From assembly GCA_963804995.1 (NCBI GenBank), contig CAWDSK010000003.1, forward strand, positions 1,088,001 through 1,152,000: a stretch of DNA of 64,000 nt, given 5' to 3'. The position numbers and the translations under genes were made by a program. Under the pieces are notes generated by a model. That model was given only the letters and a program-made list of their open reading frames with translations. It had not been told where the DNA came from and did no database searches. The DNA is from an uncultured Acidobacteriota bacterium. GTDB lineage: Bacteria; Acidobacteriota; Terriglobia; UBA7540. Of this stretch, positions 53,323-61,967 are shown in pieces (the stretch's first letter is position 1; each line of letters starts with the position of its first letter).

Positions 53323-54612
53323 CTAGCTGTGCCGCGGCTCTAGAATCCGCTTCGACACGAAGGCGTTTGCGGCGTCATTATTTGTGAATCTCTCCTTCGC
53401 GGGGTCCCACGTAAGTTTTCCCCCGACCTGAATGGCGATGTGCCCCATAAGACAGATTGAGGTGGTGCGATGTCCGACCTCGGCATTTTCCATGGGCTGA
53501 CCGCGCGTCATGACCGCATCGATGAAATCTCGCTTGTCGGACTTAAAGGGGAAATGGATTTCGTCAGGGCGAAGCTTAAGATCGATCAGCGACGCGGGCT
53601 CAGCCTGGAGGGGCTTCATGTACTCGGCATAGACCCAACCCTCCGAACCCTCAAAACGGACGGAACCCGTGTCGTCTTGCGTTTTGAAAAAGAGTTGCAC
53701 CCCGTTGGCATAACGGTAGGAGGCCTCGAAGCTCGTTGCCACGTTCCAGAAGCTGTCCCGCGGCGGGTAAACGCCCTGGGCCTCAACCTCCACCGGCCCT
53801 GTACGCTCGGTGTTATTACCCCATTGCGCGATGTCAATAAGATGATATCCCCAGTTGCAGATCATCCCGTCGTCATAATACAGGTGGCGCATCCAGCCGC
53901 CGCGCTCGTAGGAGTGAGGCGTGTGGACGCGCTTGAGGGTATAGGGGGCGCGCGGCGCAGGGCCCTGCCAGCGCTCATAGTTGAGCCCCTCCGGCACCGG
54001 CATGTCAGGTTGAGGCGGGCAACCTACATCGGTACCCGGCACGGTGGCGCGAATGGTGTGCAGCTTGCCGATACGCCCGTTGCGCACCAGCTCGACGGCG
54101 CGGTAGAAATTTTCCAGCGAGCGGAACTCGCTGTCGGTCCGGAAAACCATCTCGTGTTTCTTCACCAGGTTGCTCAACTCCCGGCCTTCGGCAATCGAGC
54201 GATTGAGCGGCTTTTCGCAGGAGACATCCTTGCCCGCCTTGATCGCTTCCATCGATATGGGCACGTGCCAGTGGTCCGGCGTGCCGACGAAAACCGCATC
54301 AATGCCCTTGTCGGCCAGCAGGTCATGGAAGTCATGGTAGGTGGCGCATCCCTTGTAGGCGCCACTCGTCGTCTGCTGCGCATAAGCGTCTTCCACCTGC
54401 TTCTTCGCGTTCGCAAGGCGCCAGGCATCGACATCACATACCCCCACGATTTGCACATCCGGCATGGCGAGGAATTGTTTCAGATTCACTTGCACGGTCT
54501 GCCGCCCGACGCCGATCACACCGACCGTGACGCGGCCGCTGGGAACTGCCTTGCCCATCAGCAAAGTGGCGGTGCTGGTTCCTATAATGAATGTCCTGCG
54601 TGTCATAATCAT
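53323..54612 (-). CDS. Tat-signal Gfo/Idh/MocA oxidoreductase
   Basis: MTRRTFI, GVIGVG, GTPDHWH, CEKP. Confidence 0.9.
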   Translation of the reverse strand: MIMTRRTFIIGTSTATLLMGKAVPSGRVTVGVIGVGRQTVQVNLKQFLAMPDVQIVGVCDVDAWRLANAKKQVEDAYAQQTTSGAYKGCATYHDFHDLLADKGIDAVFVGTPDHWHVPISMEAIKAGKDVSCEKPLNRSIAEGRELSNLVKKHEMVFRTDSEFRSLENFYRAVELVRNGRIGKLHTIRATVPGTDVGCPPQPDMPVPEGLNYERWQGPAPRAPYTLKRVHTPHSYERGGWMRHLYYDDGMICNWGYHLIDIAQWGNNTERTGPVEVEAQGVYPPRDSFWNVATSFEASYRYANGVQLFFKTQDDTGSVRFEGSEGWVYAEYMKPLQAEPASLIDLKLRPDEIHFPFKSDKRDFIDAVMTRGQPMENAEVGHRTTSICLMGHIAIQVGGKLTWDPAKERFTNNDAANAFVSKRILEPRHS

Positions 54613-54878
54613 GGGGTCCCTCCGAAATATGTCAAACTGCTCTTAACGCTTCCCTTCTCCAGCCATCCTTCCGGCCCAAATCTTGGTGCACTTGCCCCTC
54701 CGTGTCAATGCCCAATGATTTTCTTTCGCGGCAGGTGGGGTGGCACACTCGACTTTGAGTTCTGCGCTTTGCGTTTTGCGCTTTGACTTTCTTTTCCGAT
54801 TTCACCGCTCTATGCCTGCTTGAGCCGCACCGACTTCCCGGCATGGTATACTGCGCCCAAGCAAGGAGGGCTACAACC

Positions 54879-56114
54879 ATGCATCGTTGAGGATTCCTCT
54901 CCGCGGCGCTCGGCGCCGCAGCGGGCGCTGCGTTTGCACCTATCCGGGCCACGGCTCAAGAGGCGGCATCGGCCGCGAAGCCGTTGAACCTGAAGATCAC
55001 CGGCCTCAAGACTTTTGTGGTGAATATTGGTGACCAGAACTGGGTGTTCTGCAAGGTATACACCAATCAGGGACTGGTGGGACTGGGTGAAGGGTCGGTC
55101 ACCGGCAAGGAAGCGACGGTTGCGTCGGCCATCATGGAGCACGAACGATTCCTGGTGGGGAGAGATCCCACCAACATCGAACTGCTTTGGCAAGGCATGT
55201 TCCGTTACCCGCGCTGGCGTGGCGGTCCGGTTTTGAACTCGGCGATCAGCGCGGTCGAAATCGCCCTGTGGGACATCCTGGGGCAGGCGCTGGGGGTTCC
55301 GATCTACAAGCTGTTGGGAGGGGCGGCGCGCGAGCGCATCCGGATGTACCTCGATGTGGAGGCGACTCCAGAGGAGTTCCTGCGCGCCAAGGCCCTGGGT
55401 TACACAGCATGCAAAACGGGTGTCCTGAGGGATAAACACCTGGTCGTCGAGCCCACCCGGATGGTTCGCGAGGGCGTGCGCAGGCTCCAGGAGATTCGCA
55501 AAGCGGTGGGGGATGATTTCGACATCGCGGAGGACGCCCATGGGCGCTTGACGACGACCATGGCCATCGATTTCTGCACGCGCGTTGAGGAGCTCAATTT
55601 GTTATGGGTTGAGGAGCCCACCCAAATCGAGGATTTGGATGAGCTCGCCTTGCTGCGTTCGAAGACCAAGACGCATCTCGCCACCGGCGAGCGGTCCTTC
55701 ACCAAGTATGGCTTCGCGGAATTCTGCTCGCGCCACCTGGTGGACTACATTCAACCGGACGTTTGCCACGCGGGCGGCATTTTGGAACTGAAGAAAATCG
55801 GCGTGCTGGCGGAAACCTACCGGGTCAGCATGGCGCCGCACAATCCGCAAAGCCACGTCAGCACCATGGCCTCGCTGCACGTGGATGCCACCACGCCCGC
55901 CGCGGTGATTCAGGAGTCAACCCGGCCGAGAAGCCCGTGGATGGAGGACCTGGTCAACGGCGAGGGACCTGTGATTAAGAATGGTTACGCGGAACTGCCT
56001 GCACGCCCGGGCCTGGGAGTAACATTGAATGAAAAGGTCGCCGCTGAGCACCCCTACAAGCCCACTAACCGCCCGGAATTTGTCTTCGAGGACGGCTCGG
56101 TAGCGGATCAGTAA
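54879..56114 (+). CDS. Tat-signal mandelate racemase/MLE family dehydratase; in-frame TGA at codon 4 inside the twin-arginine motif
   Basis: AGGAGG RBS; MHR*GFLSAALGAAAGAAF continues in frame into NLKITGLK...DAHGR, WVEEP, ATGER, APHNP. Confidence 0.85.
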
Positions 56115-56137
56115 GGCGATTGGCTTTTGCCGGGCAA

Positions 56138-57289
56138 TTAGAAGTTCGCATTCTTGCGCAACCGCATAAGCGCCGCCCGAGATTCGCCCGGAATCAAGCC
56201 GTGCTTGTTCGGTGGCACATCGAGCAGGAGATTTACTCCCCGTTTGCGGGATTCCAGGACAATGTTCAGGAGTTCGTCATCAGGCCTCGGATTATCCCCT
56301 TCGACGTAAAACCAGTTTTTGCCGATGGGATCGCAAACCTCGCCGGGCAGGTAATAACGCTTGCCTTCCATCTCCTGCCACTTCACATAACCCCCCGCCG
56401 GCGGCAATCCCCTTTCGAAAGACCGCAGGTCCGTGGGCCATGCCGTTTCCAGCTTGCTGCTGTTCATCATGATAACAGCCTCCGGCTGGAGCTTGGCGAT
56501 GACCCCGTAGAGATAGGTCCGATAGCCACGGCCCAGGAGCTGCGGAATGTCGATCCACACTTCCCCAATCGGCCCGTATTGGGTCAGCAGCTCCGTGACT
56601 TGAGCGGTCTGGAAATCCTGATAAAGTGAGGTCGTGTAAGTTGTCGTGCGACCTTTGTCCTGCCAGGGATAATCACCCCGGGGGCTCACGTTGACCTGCC
56701 CGAACCGGTTGTGGTTGTCGTAGGAATCATAGTAAATCCCCGGCACGACGCCGCGCCGCTCGCAGGATTTCACAAAAGCCTCGACCACGTCGGTGGTGTT
56801 TCCGCTGTGGGCAACGGTCAAGTCCGTGTAGCGGCTGGGCCAGAGGCAATGTCCGGCCACATGCTTGGCCGTGAGGACCGCATATTTCATCCCGGCATCG
56901 CGTGCGATTTGGATCCATTGGTCAACGTCGAGCTTATCGGGATTATAGGTTGAGGCGGGGTCATTCCCGTCTGGAATATCCGGGTATTCCTTACCCACCA
57001 CAAACGTACTCATGCCGAAAGTGAGAAACATTCCATACTTCAAGTCTTCCCAGGCGCGCAGCTTGGATAGGCTCAGCCGTTGGGCGCCGGCCTCCGATTC
57101 GTTTGAATTGCCGGGCGACTTCTCGCGGAGATTTTGCGCCGCCGTGGCACCCACGGTGAGTGTGCCAGTAAGGTTCGCTGTGGCGACTCCTCCGCCAATC
57201 GCCAGTTGCATAAAGCTGCGGCGTGAAAGGCTTGGGGCACGCGCCTCCAGGTCTCCAGTGGAAATTGAATGGCGTTTGGCTTTTGCCAT
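56138..57289 (-). CDS. Tat-signal GH29 alpha-L-fucosidase-like protein
   Basis: SRRSFMQ, AGMKYAVLTAKH..GHCLWPS, WID, NLLLDVPP. Confidence 0.85.
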   Translation of the reverse strand: MAKAKRHSISTGDLEARAPSLSRRSFMQLAIGGGVATANLTGTLTVGATAAQNLREKSPGNSNESEAGAQRLSLSKLRAWEDLKYGMFLTFGMSTFVVGKEYPDIPDGNDPASTYNPDKLDVDQWIQIARDAGMKYAVLTAKHVAGHCLWPSRYTDLTVAHSGNTTDVVEAFVKSCERRGVVPGIYYDSYDNHNRFGQVNVSPRGDYPWQDKGRTTTYTTSLYQDFQTAQVTELLTQYGPIGEVWIDIPQLLGRGYRTYLYGVIAKLQPEAVIMMNSSKLETAWPTDLRSFERGLPPAGGYVKWQEMEGKRYYLPGEVCDPIGKNWFYVEGDNPRPDDELLNIVLESRKRGVNLLLDVPPNKHGLIPGESRAALMRLRKNANF

Positions 57290-57631
57290 GAGTTTCACTC
57301 CTCGCCTGCTCCTCTTACATCCGGGCAATCACTATGTCTTGCGTTGATAATACGCCTGCAACACGCCTGGGGCCCATCTGGCACTTTTCCAAGCTATGCT
57401 TCAGGCTCCTGAGCAGCCGGATTGGCGCCGGGGTCAGATTGTACTGGAAACGGCTGCCGAGGGTTGCCTGTTCTCACTCCATCGTCAAGGGATCTCTTCG
57501 CACCGTGTCCCAATTCGACAAACTTCTGAATGAGGGCCACAACTCCAGAGGATAAATTTTCCAAGCACGGTGTTACATTTTGTCATAAGCTGGTGGAAAC
57601 GAAGTGGGGCATCCGAGCGACGGAGGACCAA

Positions 57632-58597
57632 ATGAAACGCAGAACTTTTTTTGGTGGAGCTTTTGCCGGCCTGGCTGCAACCGCCTACGGTCTGAGACCG
57701 CCCAAGCCCAGGGTTGGAGATATTCCGCAGCGCACCTTCGGGAAAACGGGCGAAAAACTCACGGTGATCGGACAGGCGGGCGGACGCTTTCCTCTGATTT
57801 CGTTCGAGGAGGCTAAGGCGATCACGCTACGCGCCTATGACCTGGGGATCAATTATTTCGATAATTCCTCTGACTACTGGGACGGCAAGTCAGAGGAAGT
57901 TTATGGTGCGGTGCTCCCGCCTTTTCGCAAGCAGGTCTTTTTAACCACCAAGGCAAACAGCCGGACTCGTGAGGGCGCCGAAGCGGAACTAAACCTCTCC
58001 TTGAAGCGCTTGCGTACGGACCACGTAGATCTTTGGCAGATCCATGCGGTGGATGAGAAGCAGGAAGTTGAACAAATATTCGGTCCCGGGGGCGCCATCG
58101 AAGCATTCGAAGCAGCGAAGAAAGCCGGGAAATGCCGCTTTATCGGTTTTACCGGCCACCACGATCCTAACGTTCACCTCGCGATGCTCAAAGCCTATGA
58201 CAAGTTCGATTCCATTTTGATGCCGATGCACGTGGCTGATCCCGGCTATTTGAGTTTCGAAAAGCTAACCCTGCCGGTGGCTGCCGAACGTGGCATGGGC
58301 ATTCAAGGCATGAAAAGCCTTGCCAACGCCAAACTCTTGCAGGAATTCAGCGTGCGAGAATGCCTAAGCTATGTTCTGAGCTTGCCGGTAAGCAGCGTCG
58401 CCATAGGCTGCACAACTATCGGCCAGTTGGAAGACGACGTCCGCTTCGCCCAGCAGTTCAAGCCACTTGCTGCCGAGGAGATGGATCATCTGCGCCAGCG
58501 GACCAAGGAAATCGCGGGCCCTTGCCTCGAAGATTGGAAGCGGAATATTCAGAAACAAGCCAGCGCACCTGATGCGCGCACGGTGAAGCACGGATGA
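57632..58597 (+). CDS. Tat-signal aldo/keto reductase
   Basis: MKRRTFF, GINYFDNS..Y, FLTTK, SLKRLRTDHVDLWQIH, RFIGFTGH. Confidence 0.9.
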   Translation: MKRRTFFGGAFAGLAATAYGLRPPKPRVGDIPQRTFGKTGEKLTVIGQAGGRFPLISFEEAKAITLRAYDLGINYFDNSSDYWDGKSEEVYGAVLPPFRKQVFLTTKANSRTREGAEAELNLSLKRLRTDHVDLWQIHAVDEKQEVEQIFGPGGAIEAFEAAKKAGKCRFIGFTGHHDPNVHLAMLKAYDKFDSILMPMHVADPGYLSFEKLTLPVAAERGMGIQGMKSLANAKLLQEFSVRECLSYVLSLPVSSVAIGCTTIGQLEDDVRFAQQFKPLAAEEMDHLRQRTKEIAGPCLEDWKRNIQKQASAPDARTVKHG

Positions 58598-58822
58598 GCG
58601 TGCTGGGGGCTAGGGGCTGGGGACTGGGGGCTTGGGGCTAGGGGCTTGGCGGAACGGCAAAAAGAAAGTCAAAAGGCAAAATGCAAAAGTAGGTAGCCTC
58701 AGGCGTAGTTTGCCTTCCACTGGGTGCTGGGGGCTAGGAGGGAAGTGGCCACAAGAAGCTGTCTGCCTTCTGCCTTTCCCGACTCCGTCGGGACTCGCAC
58801 CAAACGCTCGCTGCCTTCCGCC

Positions 58823-60100
58823 TTAATCCACCGTCAATTCCCACCCAAATCCCGGGCGGTCGGGTGGCCGCATGTAAATGCCTTCAGGCCCTCGCGTAAC
58901 GTTATTATCCTCCGCGAACCGCTGATAGACTTCCGGCGGACCGCCCGGCGGTGGCATGAACATTTCACACCAGGGGCTGTTGGTTGTCGCCAGGATAAAC
59001 TGCGAGGCGTATTGCCATCCCGCGTGAGGAATAACTGGAATATTGTAGGCGGCGGCCAGCGCCCCAATATGACGCAACTCGCTCAATCCTCCGCACCAAG
59101 TTATATCCGGCTGCCAAATGTCCGCCGCGCGGTGTTCCAGCAAAAGCCGGAAGCCGTAGCGGGTATATTCGTGCTCGCCGGTGGCCATCTGGGTTGATTT
59201 GATTCTCTCGCGAATCCTCTGGAAACCCTCATAGTCATCGGGTGGGAGGCATTCTTCCATCCAATACACCCGGTAAGGCTCCACCATGGCGGCAAATTCC
59301 ATGGTGTATTCTTCGGTGAGCGCCATCCAGCAATCAAGCATGATATCGCCGTCGGGCCCCAGTGATTCCCGGGTCTTCTTCACGAGTTCCGTGTTCTTCT
59401 TCATCCCTTCGCGCCCGTCGGCGGGTCCGTAAGGTACGGCTAACTTGATCCTTTTATAACCGAACTCGATATGCTGTTCGACGTTGTTTCCGGTGCAGTA
59501 GGCGGGAATTCTCGATTTGGTTTCCCCGCCCAACAATTTGTAAATGGGCATCCCCAAAGCGTTGCCGATAATATCCCAAAGGGCCAGATCAACGGCGCTG
59601 ATAGCATGGATCACAAGCCCTTTCCGCCCGTAATACATCGTGGACCGCCACAGGATGTCCCAAAGCTCCTCGACGTTAAAGGGGTCTTCGCCCAACAGCA
59701 ATTTCGTCAAATGCCTTTCAATGACAAAGCTGCACCCCGGTCCGCCAAAGCCGATTCCTTTGATTCCTTTGTCCGTCGCGATCTCGACCGCGACGGGACC
59801 CAGATTGTCAGCCATGAACAGGCTTCGTCGCGCCTTGTATTTTGGATAGATTGACATGGGGTTAGCGACTTCAACCCCGCCCGTCGACCACGACCCTGGA
59901 GCCGGCTCATATTGCGGGAGCGGCCTCTTGGGCTTGGGCCGGACCATCCTAACGCTGGTAATCTTCAGGCCGCTCTTCTCATTGTGAAAAGGTAACTGCG
60001 GAGGAGACGGGAGTGGCGCGGCTTCGCCAGGTTCTCCGGTGGCGCCTATAGTGCTCATGGATAGCAGTGTACCCGCTTCGAGGAATTTTCTGCGATTCAT
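58823..60100 (-). CDS. Tat-signal L-rhamnonate dehydratase-like enolase-superfamily enzyme
   Basis: MNRRKFL, ANPMSIYP, YYGRKG, YCTG, MLDCWM, WMEECLPPDD, TGEHEYT, QPDITWCGG. Confidence 0.85.
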   Translation of the reverse strand: MNRRKFLEAGTLLSMSTIGATGEPGEAAPLPSPPQLPFHNEKSGLKITSVRMVRPKPKRPLPQYEPAPGSWSTGGVEVANPMSIYPKYKARRSLFMADNLGPVAVEIATDKGIKGIGFGGPGCSFVIERHLTKLLLGEDPFNVEELWDILWRSTMYYGRKGLVIHAISAVDLALWDIIGNALGMPIYKLLGGETKSRIPAYCTGNNVEQHIEFGYKRIKLAVPYGPADGREGMKKNTELVKKTRESLGPDGDIMLDCWMALTEEYTMEFAAMVEPYRVYWMEECLPPDDYEGFQRIRERIKSTQMATGEHEYTRYGFRLLLEHRAADIWQPDITWCGGLSELRHIGALAAAYNIPVIPHAGWQYASQFILATTNSPWCEMFMPPPGGPPEVYQRFAEDNNVTRGPEGIYMRPPDRPGFGWELTVD

Positions 60101-60369
60101 TTCCGATCCTCCCCTACCGCTTAGCCCGATGAACAATCCCAAGCGCCGCGGATTGTAGCATGAACGCCTGCCTCAGGGTCCTGCGCCGGCGGCATAATAG
60201 GTCATTTCAGAAACGGAGGTCTTAACAGGCTGTTGAAAAACCCTTACGGTGCGATGTACCGGCAGGTTTACCCCACCGTATCGCCAACGATTTCAACAGC
60301 GGATGGCGGGGTAAACCCGCTGCTACGTAGTCGTTTATCAGCCTGCGAAATGATACCGCGGTCAAGACC

Positions 60370-61959
60370 TTACACCGTGCGAAAGTACTGCAAGTAACTC
60401 TCCGGGTATTTCTTGCTCCGCAGAAATTCCAGATATTTTGTGTGAAGGTCAGAAGCAATACTGTGCTTTGAATCTATAACATTCTTAAGGCAGCCCGGGT
60501 CATCCTCCAAATTGTAAAGTTCAGGTAAGATCTTTCCCTGTAGATTCTTGACCTCTCGAATGACCGAGTCCACTGAGGCGGTGCGCGCTGAGCCCGCAAG
60601 CTGCTCCCCCTGCGCGCCGTAAATCAAAAGCCACTTGCCGTCAGTTATCGTGCTTCGGTTGGCAGGCGAGGGTGGCGCCTTACCGCCTCCTGATATATTG
60701 CTTCCAAACAGCGCCGGAGAGGCCACGGCAATTTCTTTAGTATTTGAAGCGCGCCCTTCGAGCACGGGCACCAGGGAGGCTCCTTCCACAGAAGCAGGAA
60801 TGGCAACGCCCAGGAAGTTGAGTATCGTCGCCATCAAATCCACAGGCTGTGCCAGAGCCTTGACCCGCGCGCCACCCTGGCATCCCGGGAAGTAAATCAT
60901 CATGGGAATCCGCGCCACCTCAGGATAGAGAGGCAGGTATTGAAACGTATCGTCGCGGATAAGGGATTTGCCGATATACCCGTGCTCACCCAGGTAAAAG
61001 CCGTGATCCCCAATATGGATGACGGCAGTATTCTTCAGCAGGTCCAGAGTAGCGATTCGGTCCAGGAGAAATCCCAACCAGCGATCGACCATCGTGACTT
61101 CACCGGCATAGAGCGCTCGACAGTGCTTGAGCTCGCTTTCGGATAGAAATTCCCGCCAGAACTCATAGCGCGGATAAATCACCTCTTCCCCGGTGTAGCC
61201 GCGGTCAAACTGCTCAACGTAGTAGTGGGGCGGGTCCCAAGGCTCGTGGGGATCGAAGGTATCCAGATAGAGGAAAAACCGGCGGCCGTCGTTGTTCTCC
61301 TCCAGCCACTCCGCGGCCTTGATCATCGTCTGGGCCACGAAATAGTCCTCTTCCCTTCCCCGTTGGGAAACGTTCCGGAGGTACTGGGTAACCGTCTTCT
61401 CGCCTTCACGTAGTTTGCTGGGATTACAGGGGAGTTTGACCGTCCGAGGCGCGCTGCGGAAGGCATCCCCTTCCTGCCCTCGCGTAACTTGCCAGGCGGC
61501 AAAGTTGCGCTGGTAGTTGTACCCGGGAGTAAAAGGATGGGGAGTATCCGCAATGAGCGAAGTCAGGATGCCGGCCTTCCCCAGGGTATCCTGCAGCGTG
61601 ACGGCGTCCGCGTCGATGGGTGACCAGTCCTTGTAAGTGAAGGTGTAGCGGCCCGTCAAAATATCATTGCGGCACGGGACGGTGGGAAAGGAAGAAAGAA
61701 ACGCGTTTTCGAGAAGGACCGCCTGCTTACTAAAGTGGTCGAGGTGAGGAGTCGGAATCCAATTCGAGCCGTAGGGAGATACCGCGTCCCTCCGCATGCT
61801 ATCCGTGACGATGAGAATGACATTGTCAATGCGCAGGTCGCCCGGCGGCGGATTCGCGGGGCCGGACTTGGCCCATCGAGGCTTTGCCGCACAGGCACCA
61901 AGTGCTCCGGCGCCCGCTTTGAGGAAGTCTCTCCGCGAAGCCTTGGCGTTCTCTTTCAT
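60370..61959 (-). CDS. Tat-signal sulfatase-family hydrolase with Thr at the formylglycine position
   Basis: SRRDFLK, NVILIVTDSMRRD, PTVPCR..ILTGRY, DPHEPWDPP, GDHG. Confidence 0.85.
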   Translation of the reverse strand: MKENAKASRRDFLKAGAGALGACAAKPRWAKSGPANPPPGDLRIDNVILIVTDSMRRDAVSPYGSNWIPTPHLDHFSKQAVLLENAFLSSFPTVPCRNDILTGRYTFTYKDWSPIDADAVTLQDTLGKAGILTSLIADTPHPFTPGYNYQRNFAAWQVTRGQEGDAFRSAPRTVKLPCNPSKLREGEKTVTQYLRNVSQRGREEDYFVAQTMIKAAEWLEENNDGRRFFLYLDTFDPHEPWDPPHYYVEQFDRGYTGEEVIYPRYEFWREFLSESELKHCRALYAGEVTMVDRWLGFLLDRIATLDLLKNTAVIHIGDHGFYLGEHGYIGKSLIRDDTFQYLPLYPEVARIPMMIYFPGCQGGARVKALAQPVDLMATILNFLGVAIPASVEGASLVPVLEGRASNTKEIAVASPALFGSNISGGGKAPPSPANRSTITDGKWLLIYGAQGEQLAGSARTASVDSVIREVKNLQGKILPELYNLEDDPGCLKNVIDSKHSIASDLHTKYLEFLRSKKYPESYLQYFRTV

Positions 61960-61967
61960 GTTGCCTC

